The position numbers and the translations under genes were made by a program. Of a DNA stretch of 64,000 bases, positions 37,692 through 46,218 are shown piece by piece. The notes beneath the pieces were generated by a model. The model saw nothing but the letters and a program-made list of their open reading frames with translations, did no database searches and was not told the origin of the DNA. Numbering within the stretch: the first letter of the stretch is position 1; each line of letters opens with the position of its first letter. The stretch is from Candidatus Udaeobacter sp. (lineage in GTDB: Bacteria > Verrucomicrobiota > Verrucomicrobiia > Chthoniobacterales > UBA10450), in contig JBARAJ010000015.1 of assembly GCA_049791915.1 (NCBI GenBank), positions 1,811 to 65,810 on the forward strand, read 5' to 3'.

Positions 37692-38885
37692 ATGAGCACC
37701 AAGAAAGGCCTGATCGGTATTCTCACCGGGGGCGGGGATGTGCCGGGGCTCAATCCCGCGATCCGCGCGGTCACCATTCGCGCCCTGCGCGAAGGCTATC
37801 AGGTCGTTGGTATCCGCCATGGCTGGCTGGGCGCGATGAGCATCGTGCGTGATGAACACGCCGACAACAGCGAGCACTTTCAAATCCTGACGGAAGAGAT
37901 CGTCAATCGTGCAGCGCGCACCGGCGGCACGTTTCTGCATACCTCGCGGACGAACCCGTCGGCAGTGAAAAAGGAAGAGGTACCTGAAGCACTGCGCGCA
38001 ACGTTCAATCAAGACAAGAACGATCTCACTTCTGAAGTCATCAAGAACCTGGATTGGCTGGGAATTGACTATCTGATTCCGATCGGCGGCGACGACACAC
38101 TTTCTTTTGCCACCCGTTTGTCCAGGGAAGGCGTCAAGGTCGTGGCGATACCCAAGACGATGGACAATGACGTGCCGGGCACCGATTATTGCATCGGATT
38201 TAGCACATGCGTTAGCCGGACGATTGAATTGTCCAATCGTCTCCGCACCTCGGCCGGATCTCACGAGCGATTTCTCGTTATGGAGGTGTTCGGACGCTAC
38301 GCGGGGTTCACTGCGATGTTGCCAACGATGGCGGGCGCGGCCAATCGGTGCGTTATCCCGGAATACAAATTCGACATGGAGCATCTGACCGAGTTGTTGT
38401 GCTATGACCGTGCGCATCACCCGAGCAAATATTCAGTGGTTATCGTTTCGGAAGGAGCAATGTTCGAAGGCGGCGAAATGGTGTTCTCCGACAAGACGAC
38501 CGACGCGTTCGGGCATCTGAAACTCGGCGGCATCGGCGACCTCGTCTCGGCCGAACTCAAGGACCGTTCCGCCAAATACAACAAGGGCAAACCGATCGAG
38601 ACCATCAACCAGCGTCTTGGCTATATGGTGCGCGGCGGCGATCCCGACGCGATTGATTCGATCGTGCCCATGGCCTACGGCAATCTTGCCCTCGATCTCA
38701 TCTTGCATGGCCGCCACGGCCGCCTGGTCGTCCTGAAGAATGGGCGCTATGACAACATGCCGATTGAAGCAGTGACCAGCACAAAGAAAACGGTCAACGT
38801 GGACAAGTATTATAACAAGGAGCGCCTGCGGCCACTCTACACCGATTTCGAAATGCAGCCGCTATTCATCATGGCAAGTGGTTAG
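37692..38885 (+). CDS. pfk: 6-phosphofructokinase, probably pyrophosphate-dependent type
   Basis: IGILTGGGDVPGLNPAIR, GGDDT and PKTMDNDV motifs. Asp in GGDD and Lys in PKT are the reported PPi-type signatures. I place the start at MSTKKG (37692). Confidence 0.85.
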   Translation: MSTKKGLIGILTGGGDVPGLNPAIRAVTIRALREGYQVVGIRHGWLGAMSIVRDEHADNSEHFQILTEEIVNRAARTGGTFLHTSRTNPSAVKKEEVPEALRATFNQDKNDLTSEVIKNLDWLGIDYLIPIGGDDTLSFATRLSREGVKVVAIPKTMDNDVPGTDYCIGFSTCVSRTIELSNRLRTSAGSHERFLVMEVFGRYAGFTAMLPTMAGAANRCVIPEYKFDMEHLTELLCYDRAHHPSKYSVVIVSEGAMFEGGEMVFSDKTTDAFGHLKLGGIGDLVSAELKDRSAKYNKGKPIETINQRLGYMVRGGDPDAIDSIVPMAYGNLALDLILHGRHGRLVVLKNGRYDNMPIEAVTSTKKTVNVDKYYNKERLRPLYTDFEMQPLFIMASG

Positions 38886-39094
38886 GAAAGTTAGCGCCGG
38901 GCGCCGCCTAAACTCCGAAAGTCTTGGGGAGCAGAGCACTTTAAATTCGTTAGGCCGAATCGTCCCGGTTCACACAACGGTCAGCGGCCCCGTCGAAGAT
39001 TGTCAGGCTGATGACTTCCGTGCGCGCGACATGCGGCCGTGGCGAACTCAGAATTTGCGGCTGACCCGCCTGCGCTAAAGCTCCGGCGTGGCAA

Positions 39095-39225
39095 GCATAG
39101 CTCAGTCAAGGCTACAATCGCCAATCCGAGCGTCGCACGGCGACGCTGCTACAGTTCTTAGCAGCCGACACGGCTGCCTCTACAGCTCGCTCAGCTCATG
39201 CATCGTAAGCGGCTTACGATAGACA
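39095..39225. repeat. hairpin-rich repeat downstream of pfk (second copy)
   Basis: CAGCCGACACGGCTGCCTCTACAG at 39162-39185 and the palindrome ATCGTAAGC-G-GCTTACGAT at 39202-39220. Further ...CTACAG modules lie upstream. Confidence 0.7.
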
Positions 39226-39352
39226 AAAGGTAATTGTTATTTGAAAGGGGTTTAGCGCAGGAGAGGTTCGACGAAGCGGGTGCAAGAAACGGTCTAATCC
39301 TGACAAGATGTTGCGCGCGCGAGCAGGTTAAGAGACCGATCTTCGTAGCACT

Positions 39353-39541
39353 ATGAAAGAACTAATTAACGTAATCGTCCAGAAAACTGGAATCAGTGAG
39401 GAAAACGCGCAGAAGTCTGTACAAGTGACGCTTGGTTTCTTGAAAACCAAATTGCCCGCTCCAATCGCGGCACAGTTGGATTCATTCCTTAGTACGCGAC
39501 CCACCGTCGTGAGTCCCGTAGCGGTCGGCGCCCAAGCCTAA
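39353..39541 (+). CDS. small hypothetical protein
   Basis: 62-aa ORF with helical, coding-like sequence (MKELINVIVQKTGISEENAQKSVQVTLGFLKTKLP). It lies in a lower-GC stretch. Confidence 0.45.
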   Translation: MKELINVIVQKTGISEENAQKSVQVTLGFLKTKLPAPIAAQLDSFLSTRPTVVSPVAVGAQA

Positions 39542-39726
39542 GTTAAATCGGGAAAATATCGGACCCGATCCCACACAGCGTGGGTCGGGTCGGGTAAGGG
39601 AAGCGAATTAAGAGGCGACGTAACGGAGCCCGCCTTTGCGCAGAGCGGGTATGCGCACCGAGGGGTTTCGTTGATTTCACTGCAACCGTCAACCCCGTAC
39701 TCAAACCGACGTCGGACCCTAAGCCT

Positions 39727-40194
39727 ATGGAGCAGATAAAACCTAACTACTTCGGAGGAACGAATTTCGAAGCCCGCACAGTTAAGGACATCATCGAACC
39801 TGCGAAGAGCATTTCTAATCAAGTTTCTGTAAGGGCGGCTTTAGACGAAATGCAGGCGCGGGCAATCGATTCGTCACCTGTAATCGATCAACGCGGCGAA
39901 TTATTGGGTATCCTCTCGAAGAACAAAATGAACCGGAACGTGGGTGGTTTCGGACACGATCCCAAGACAGAACCGGTAGAAGCACACATCGAAAAAAACA
40001 ATGCCTATTGCTTCGAAGACCAGACGATTGCGGAGGCGGAGCAAATGATGCTCAACGCGAACCTCGGCGAAGTTTTTGTAGTAACCCGCGAAAAATTGCT
40101 GGTAGGAACCATAAATATTGAAGCAATTGCAGGGGGAGGGGAAGAAATTGGGGTCGCGTCTCGACTCCGAGAGCTTCACGAGCAGAGCATTTGA
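39727..40194 (+). CDS. CBS domain pair protein
   Basis: Two CBS-like modules (..SSPVIDQRGELLGILS.. and ..GEVFVVTREKLLVGTINI..). 155 aa. Confidence 0.65.
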   Translation: MEQIKPNYFGGTNFEARTVKDIIEPAKSISNQVSVRAALDEMQARAIDSSPVIDQRGELLGILSKNKMNRNVGGFGHDPKTEPVEAHIEKNNAYCFEDQTIAEAEQMMLNANLGEVFVVTREKLLVGTINIEAIAGGGEEIGVASRLRELHEQSI

Positions 40195-40471
40195 CATTGG
40201 CTAACTCGAAGACGGCGTGGGTAGCGAATGCGTTTCAATTAGGAAGAACGAAAACCGCTGTAGTGTTCGCTGTCCTCAGCGGAAGGGACTAACATACTCA
40301 CCTCGGATGGACGTGTTATTCAACCTTCAAAAATCAGAAAAGATTCGAAGGTTCAAGTTCACCACGTTAAAGAGCGCAACGATATGTTGGTTGATAAAGT
40401 TACCGTGACAAAAGACCGCGACTAAACCTCAAACATTACTTGGCGCTAACGCCCAAGCTTAGAAAACATTC

Positions 40472-40518
40472 ACGCCTGATGGAGAGAGATATTCCCGCCG
40501 TCAGGCGTTTTGTTTTTT
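40472..40518 (+). terminator. intrinsic terminator (possibly bidirectional)
   Basis: An 11-bp stem ACGCCTGATGG / CCGTCAGGCGT (one G-U pair) followed by TTTGTTTTTT on the plus strand. Confidence 0.65.
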
Positions 40519-40559
40519 CAACTGCTCAATGAACCTAGGTTGCCGCTTGGCAGCATCGT

Positions 40560-40685
40560 CTACTTCTTTCTCGGCGCGGCCTTGGCGGCTGAAGCCTGTT
40601 GCCCTTTCTTCTGAGTCGCGCTTTTGGATTTCGCCTGTTGCTGTGCCTTGTGCTTCTGATTCGCTTTCGGAGATTTGTCGCCCAT
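40560..40685 (-). CDS. small lysine/glutamine-rich basic protein (41 aa), not in the ORF track
   Basis: Hand translation gives MGDKSPKANQKHKAQQQAKSKSATQKKGQQASAAKAAPRKK*. The hairpin terminator lies about 50 nt downstream. Confidence 0.4.
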   Translation of the reverse strand: MGDKSPKANQKHKAQQQAKSKSATQKKGQQASAAKAAPRKK

Positions 40686-40899
40686 GATGAGAGAGGCTCG
40701 TCTTGCAATCCGCAAAGTCAACGCGGAGTTGGACGGCCCAGGCTGTCGGCACCCAGCAACATTGAAACTCGCTCGCCGCCCATCCTCGCTCGCGATGACG
40801 GGATGGCATCGCCAGCACGCGAGGGCGCGTGCGCTCGCCAGAGCTCAAAACTGCGCGATCTTGTTGAAGTTCGCTGCTGCTTCGCGTTAAGTCTCGGCG

Positions 40900-42303
40900 A
40901 TGTCACTCGTTTTTAAAACAATTCAGACTGAAGGAATCGCTGAGCTTTCTTATCTCGTCGGCGACGATGACGAAGGAGTCGCGGCGGTCTTTGATCCGAG
41001 AGCTGATTGTGATGTTTACATTGAAGCGGCGCGGCATGCCGGTGTCATTATCACGCACATTTTCGAAACCCATATTCATGCCGACCTAGTGAGCGGTTCG
41101 CGCGAACTGTGCGCGCGATTGGAAACGGCAAAGATTTACGCCAGCGGCGAGGGCGGCGCGGAGTACGGTTTTAACCCTGAGAAAATCAAAGATGGCGACC
41201 GATTTGAATTTGGCGAAGTGATCGTAACAGCGCGCCACACGCCGGGGCATACGCCGGAGCACATGTCGTATTTGCTGTCGGAGGCAGATCATCCTGAAGA
41301 GCCGTGGGCGGTGCTCACGGGTGATTCGCTTTTTGTGTCTTCTGCGGGGCGTCCGGACTTGTTAGGCGAGAAATTTACCAGGCAACTTGCCGAACAGCAA
41401 TTCCACACATTGCACGATTTCTACCTGAACCTCCCCGATCACGTAATGATTTATCCAAATCACGGCGCCGGTTCGCCTTGCGGCGCCGACATCGGCGCGC
41501 GATTGAGCAGCACGATCGGTTACGAAAGAAAATTCAATAATTTTCTGCAGTTCACTGACGCAAAAAGCTTCACCGATTTTGCAATTAAGACAGCGCCACC
41601 GGTGCCTCGGTACTATCCGCTGATGAAAAAGGTGAACGCGGAAGGTCCTAAAGTGCTTGGAAGTCTTCCACGCGTTCCCGGTCTTTCTCCCAAGGCGTTC
41701 AAAGACGCGATCGAGAAGAAGGCTGGCGTGCTTGTTGATGTACGCAACATGCTCGCGTTTGGCGGCGGTCACATTGCTGGCGCACTTAATATTGCCGGCA
41801 CGCCGATTCTCTCAATTTGGGCCGGCTGGCTGCTCGATACGGAAAAGCCGATTCTTCTCGTGCTCGAGGAGGATGACGATCTTGAAAAAATCCTCCGCTT
41901 ATTTGTTCGCACCGGATATACAAAATTCGCCGGTTATTTGATCGGCGGAATGAAAGCGTGGCATGCAGCCGGGTTTCCGCTCGAAGGAATCAGGCAGATG
42001 AGCGTGCACGAGCTAAATGAACGCAAGTCTTCGTTGCAGATTGTCGATGTGCGTTCGCCGGGTGAATGGAAGAAAGGGCATGTTCCCGGCGCCCATCACA
42101 TTTTTATCCCGGAGCTTGGCAACCGGGTGGGAGAGCTTGATCGTAAGAAACCAACGGCAGTTTATTGCGGCAGCGGGTACCGCGCCAGCATCGCCACGAG
42201 CATTTTGAAGCAGCAGGGCTTCAACGAGCTTTGGAATGTTCCCGGTAGCTGGGAAGCGTGGAAAAAGGCTAAACTGCCAGTTGATGGAGCGGACGGCGAA
42301 TGA
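40900..42303 (+). CDS. MBL-fold persulfide dioxygenase-like domain fused to two rhodanese domains
   Basis: Metallo-beta-lactamase motif ETHIHADLVSG. The C-terminal rhodanese module has the active-site loop CGSGYRAS. 467 aa. Confidence 0.8.
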   Translation: MSLVFKTIQTEGIAELSYLVGDDDEGVAAVFDPRADCDVYIEAARHAGVIITHIFETHIHADLVSGSRELCARLETAKIYASGEGGAEYGFNPEKIKDGDRFEFGEVIVTARHTPGHTPEHMSYLLSEADHPEEPWAVLTGDSLFVSSAGRPDLLGEKFTRQLAEQQFHTLHDFYLNLPDHVMIYPNHGAGSPCGADIGARLSSTIGYERKFNNFLQFTDAKSFTDFAIKTAPPVPRYYPLMKKVNAEGPKVLGSLPRVPGLSPKAFKDAIEKKAGVLVDVRNMLAFGGGHIAGALNIAGTPILSIWAGWLLDTEKPILLVLEEDDDLEKILRLFVRTGYTKFAGYLIGGMKAWHAAGFPLEGIRQMSVHELNERKSSLQIVDVRSPGEWKKGHVPGAHHIFIPELGNRVGELDRKKPTAVYCGSGYRASIATSILKQQGFNELWNVPGSWEAWKKAKLPVDGADGE

Positions 42304-43100
42304 ACGGAACAACAGCGCTGCCACGGCGTTCATTCGGGGAGACCATGCGCGCGGACGTTTGGTGGATCCACCCGCTCCTCGTTTTTGTCGGACTGTCGAC
42401 TTTCCTCGTCTACTCCACGTGGGCGGCGTTTCAGGGAAGAGATTATTTCTTTGGCAATTACGTCTCGCCGTTTTATTCGCCGGAACTGTTTGGCAATTCC
42501 CCCCATAGCTGGTTTGGACCGAAACCCGGCTGGTGGCCGCAGTGGCTTCTATTTTCGCCCGCGCTTTTTATTCTTTGGGCGCCGGGTGGCTTCCGGCTCA
42601 CCTGTTATTATTATCGTGGCGCTTACTACAAAGCATTCTGGGCTGATCCGCCGTCATGCGCGGTGGGCGAGCCGCGTAAGAGCTACTGGGGCGAGCGTTC
42701 ATTTCCGCTGATCATGCAGAATGTGCATCGGTATTTTCTCTATCTGGCGCTCTTATTCATTTTGATCCTGGCGTATGACGTTTGGAAAGCGCTCTGGTTT
42801 ATCGACCCAGCGACGGGCAAAAGTTCATTCGGCATCGGCGTCGGCACTATTGTGCTTGCGATCAACGTTTATTTGCTGGGCGGCTATACATTTGGATGTC
42901 ATTCCTTGCGGCATCTGATCGGAGGATTTCGTGATCAACTTGCGAAATCTCCAGCCTGTTATCGCGCCTACACCTGCGTCAGTTGTTTGAATCGGCGCCA
43001 CATGCTTTGGGCGTGGTTGAGTTTGTTCTGGGTTGGCTTCACTGATCTGTATGTGCGGCTGTGCGCAATGGGAATCTGGACAGATTGGCGAATCCTGTAA
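42300..43100 (+). CDS. putative Sdh1-type succinate dehydrogenase membrane anchor (SdhC-like)
   Basis: Polytopic membrane protein directly upstream of sdhA/sdhB, with Cys/His motifs GCHSLRH and CVSCLNRRH. The ATGA overlap with the upstream gene is read directly from the sequence. Confidence 0.5.
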   Translation: MNGTTALPRRSFGETMRADVWWIHPLLVFVGLSTFLVYSTWAAFQGRDYFFGNYVSPFYSPELFGNSPHSWFGPKPGWWPQWLLFSPALFILWAPGGFRLTCYYYRGAYYKAFWADPPSCAVGEPRKSYWGERSFPLIMQNVHRYFLYLALLFILILAYDVWKALWFIDPATGKSSFGIGVGTIVLAINVYLLGGYTFGCHSLRHLIGGFRDQLAKSPACYRAYTCVSCLNRRHMLWAWLSLFWVGFTDLYVRLCAMGIWTDWRIL

Positions 43101-43134
43101 ACGTCGGTTGGAGGGGTAAACTAGCTTCCTTTTC

Positions 43135-43232
43135 TGTCATGTTGAGTGCAGCGAAACATCTCTGACTATCGGCTTGCGACAAATGCGCACCCAGAAATAA
43201 TCAAAGATTTCTTCGCTTCGCTCAGAATGACA
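43135..43232. repeat. family B MITE-like element
   Basis: TGTCATGTTGAGTGCAGCGAAACATCTC ... GATTTCTTCGCTTCGCTCAGAATGACA, in the sdhC-sdhA spacer. Confidence 0.8.
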
Positions 43233-43268
43233 AAAAACTCTTGAACCCTTCAACGCTTGAATTGAGCC

Positions 43269-45080
43269 ATGCCTGACTACGAAACTTTTGATTACGACGT
43301 TCTCGTGATTGGCGCCGGCGGCGCGGGATTGCGCGCTGCGATTGAAGCTTCGGCTGCGGGCGTTCGCGTTGGACTCGTCTGTAAATCGCTTCTGGGTAAA
43401 GCGCACACGGTCATGGCGGAGGGCGGAATCGCAGCGGCGCTGGCCAACGTCGATGAACGCGACAATTGGACGGTGCACTTCGCCGATACCATGCGCGGTG
43501 GTCAATACGTCAATCAATGGCGCATGGCTGAATTGCACGCGAAGGAAGCGCCCGATCGAGTGCGCGAGCTCGAAGCATGGGGCGCCGTTTTTGATCGCAC
43601 AAAAGACGGCCGAATTCTGCAAAGACATTTCGGCGGGCACAAATATCCGCGACTGGCGCACGTGGGCGATCGCACCGGGTTGGAGATGATCCGCACATTA
43701 CAAGACCATGGTGTTCATAAGGGAATTGATGTCCACATGGAGCACACCATTCTTTCGTTGCTCAAAGACGGCGACCGCGTCGTGGGCGCGTTCGGGTACG
43801 AACGCGAGAGAGGGCGTTTCAAAATTTTCCGGGCCAAAGCTGTGGTGCTGGCCACGGGTGGCATCGGTCGCGCCTACAAAATCACCAGCAACAGTTGGGA
43901 ATATACTGGAGATGGACACGCGCTGGCTTATGAGGCGGGTGCCGAACTCATCGATATGGAGTTCATTCAATTTCATCCCACCGGAATGGTCTGGCCGCCA
44001 AGCGTGATGGGAATTTTAGTGACAGAAGGCGTGCGCGGTGAAGGCGGAATTCTGACCAACAATCAGAGCCGTCGTTTCATGTTCGACGAAATCCCTGAAG
44101 CCTATCGCGCGCACACTGCCGACAACGAAGAAGAAGGCTGGCGATATTGTCAGGGCGACAAAGATGCGCGCCGTCCACCTGAGTTGTTAACGCGTGATCA
44201 CGTCTCGCGTTGCATCGTGCGCGAGATCAAAGAGGGCAGGGGAAGCCCGCACGGCGGCGTGTTTCTCGATATTTCGTGGATCAAATCCAAACTTCCGAAC
44301 GCCGCCGAACACATTAAACGAAAACTCCCAAGCATGTATCACCAGTTTAAACAATTGGCTGACATCGATATCACGGAGCAACCAATGGAAGTTGGACCGA
44401 CTACCCATTACATCATGGGTGGCGTGCGCGTCGATCCCGACACGCAGATGTCGCGTTCGCCTGGGCTGTTTGCTGCCGGTGAGTGCGCGGCAGGAATCAA
44501 CGGCGCGAATCGCCTCGGCGGCAATTCGCTGTCCGATCTGTTGGTATTTGGGAAACGCGCAGGCGAATTCGCGGCGCAGTTCGCGAAGCAGAACTCGTTA
44601 GGTGAAATCCGCAACGATCAGATCGATTCCGCCACGCGCGAAGCGCTCGCGCCGTTCGACCGGAGCGACAGCGAGAATCCGTACCAAATCCAAAAGGATC
44701 TACAGGAATTGATGCAGGACAATGTCGGAATCGTTCGAACGGAATCTGAAATGCAGTACGCGCTCGGCCAGTTGCAGCAACTGAAACAGCGAGCGAATCA
44801 CGCCGCAGTTACAGGCAATCGCGAATACAATCCCGGTTGGCATACTACCATCGATTTGAAGAACCTTCTTACCGTGTCGGAGGCGATCACCCACGCCGCA
44901 GTCGAAAGAAAAGAAAGCCGCGGCGCCCAATTTCGGGAAGATTATCCGGAAAAGGATGACCGGTTTTCAAAAGTGAACACGATCATCTCCAAAGCGCCGG
45001 ATGGATCGATGCAAATCCGATTGGAGCCTTTATCAGAAATGCCGGATTATTTGAAACGAATTATTGAAGAGATGAAATGA
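43269..45080 (+). CDS. sdhA: succinate dehydrogenase/fumarate reductase flavoprotein subunit
   Basis: FAD-binding YDVLVIGAGGAGLRAA, the flavinylation-region motif HTVMAEGG, plus FHPTG and ANRLGGNSL. Confidence 0.93.
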   Translation: MPDYETFDYDVLVIGAGGAGLRAAIEASAAGVRVGLVCKSLLGKAHTVMAEGGIAAALANVDERDNWTVHFADTMRGGQYVNQWRMAELHAKEAPDRVRELEAWGAVFDRTKDGRILQRHFGGHKYPRLAHVGDRTGLEMIRTLQDHGVHKGIDVHMEHTILSLLKDGDRVVGAFGYERERGRFKIFRAKAVVLATGGIGRAYKITSNSWEYTGDGHALAYEAGAELIDMEFIQFHPTGMVWPPSVMGILVTEGVRGEGGILTNNQSRRFMFDEIPEAYRAHTADNEEEGWRYCQGDKDARRPPELLTRDHVSRCIVREIKEGRGSPHGGVFLDISWIKSKLPNAAEHIKRKLPSMYHQFKQLADIDITEQPMEVGPTTHYIMGGVRVDPDTQMSRSPGLFAAGECAAGINGANRLGGNSLSDLLVFGKRAGEFAAQFAKQNSLGEIRNDQIDSATREALAPFDRSDSENPYQIQKDLQELMQDNVGIVRTESEMQYALGQLQQLKQRANHAAVTGNREYNPGWHTTIDLKNLLTVSEAITHAAVERKESRGAQFREDYPEKDDRFSKVNTIISKAPDGSMQIRLEPLSEMPDYLKRIIEEMK

Positions 45081-45105
45081 GCGTGACGTGCGGCATTGCA
45101 GGGTT

Positions 45106-45255
45106 GGGGAGCGCACGCCTCCGGCGTGCTGGCTGCGGCGTTCCGCCGCAGCAAACTTTCCCCGACGCTTTGGTCGTGTGCACAGTGTGCGTTCTAAAGA
45201 AAAGTCCGCGAACGTCTGGAGGCGTTCGCCAGCACGCCAGAGGCGTGCGCTCCCC
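45106..45255. repeat. family C long palindromic element
   Basis: GGGGAGCGCACGCCTCCGGCGTGCTGGC ... GCCAGCACGCCAGAGGCGTGCGCTCCCC inverted arms occupy most of the 196-nt sdhA-sdhB spacer. Half-copies lie near 35559 and 40811. Confidence 0.75.
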
Positions 45256-45276
45256 AGAAACATCGCTGCACGTGTT

Positions 45277-46053
45277 ATGAATACGGCTGTTTTCAAAATC
45301 TGGCGCGGGAATGTCACGGGCGGCGAGTTCCGGGATTACACAACCGACGTAGCCGAAGGCATGGTAGTGCTCGATGCAGTTCACCAGATTCAGGCGACAC
45401 AAGCTGGCGATCTTGCGTGTCGATGGAACTGCAAGGCGGGGAAATGCGGATCGTGTTCCGCAGAAGTGAACGGGATGCCAAAGCTGATGTGCATGACGCG
45501 GCTTAGCGAACTGCCACTGGAAAAACCAGTGACGATCGAGCCGATAAAGGCATTTCCACTCGTTAAGGATTTGGTCACCGACGTGTCGTGGAATTTTGAG
45601 GTAAAGAAAAGAATCAAACCGTTCAAGCCTCGGCAGCCCGATGCGCCGGACGGCACGTGGCGCATGCAGCAAGAGGACATCGATCGAGTCCAGGAATTCC
45701 GAAAGTGCATAGAATGTTTTCTTTGCCAGGACGTTTGCCACGTCCTGCGCGACCACCAGATGCACGACAAATTCATCGGTCCGCGCTTTTTGATTCACGT
45801 CGCTGCACTCGAGATGCACCCTCTCGACACTCAGGATCGGATCGAGGAATTGAGAAACACACAGGGCATCGGCTATTGCAACATCACCAAGTGTTGCACG
45901 AAGGTTTGTCCCGAAAGCATTGAAATCACCGACAACGGAATCATTCCGCTGAAAGAACGCGTCGTGGATCAGTTTTACGATCCGCTGGGATGGCTCTGGG
46001 GTCGTTTGAAGAAGAAGAGCGATCGCAAAAACGTTGAACCATTCAGGCCTTAA
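45277..46053 (+). CDS. sdhB: succinate dehydrogenase/fumarate reductase iron-sulfur subunit
   Basis: The 2Fe-2S region CRWNCKAGKCGSC and the CIECFLCQDVC / CTKVCP cluster motifs. I place the start at MNTAVFKIWRG (45277); the longer ORF reads through the repeat. Confidence 0.9.
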   Translation: MNTAVFKIWRGNVTGGEFRDYTTDVAEGMVVLDAVHQIQATQAGDLACRWNCKAGKCGSCSAEVNGMPKLMCMTRLSELPLEKPVTIEPIKAFPLVKDLVTDVSWNFEVKKRIKPFKPRQPDAPDGTWRMQQEDIDRVQEFRKCIECFLCQDVCHVLRDHQMHDKFIGPRFLIHVAALEMHPLDTQDRIEELRNTQGIGYCNITKCCTKVCPESIEITDNGIIPLKERVVDQFYDPLGWLWGRLKKKSDRKNVEPFRP

Positions 46054-46063
46054 AGCGCCGTTC

Positions 46064-46162
46064 TGTCATGTTGAGCGAAGCGAAACATCTCGGACTCTCG
46101 GCTTGCGGACCATGAGCACCGCGGAAAATAATCTGAGATTCTGCGCTCCGCTCAGAATGACA
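46064..46162. repeat. family B MITE-like element
   Basis: TGTCATGTTGAGCGAAGCGAAACATCTC ... GAGATTCTGCGCTCCGCTCAGAATGACA, 10 nt after the sdhB stop. Confidence 0.8.
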
Positions 46163-46218
46163 GAGAGAACCATATGCGCTTCGACGCTTGATCGATTTAA
46201 CGCTTCAACGGAATCGCC

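Noticed and set aside
37599-38420. 273-codon minus-strand ORF, plus similar long antisense ORFs at 6138-6905, 19013-19642, 34270-35037, 45061-45819, 46754-47386, 52773-53501, 59792-60565 and 60651-61280
   Set aside because: Each lies opposite a gene with clear family motifs (pfk, arnT-like, MFS, SUOX, sdhB, rSAM, GT2, FkbM-like, fba). None shows a recognisable motif of its own.
40501-40848. 115-codon minus-strand ORF
   Set aside because: It has no motif. It overlaps the terminator T-tract and a family C half-palindrome. A different frame in the same stretch gives a more plausible 41-codon basic ORF.
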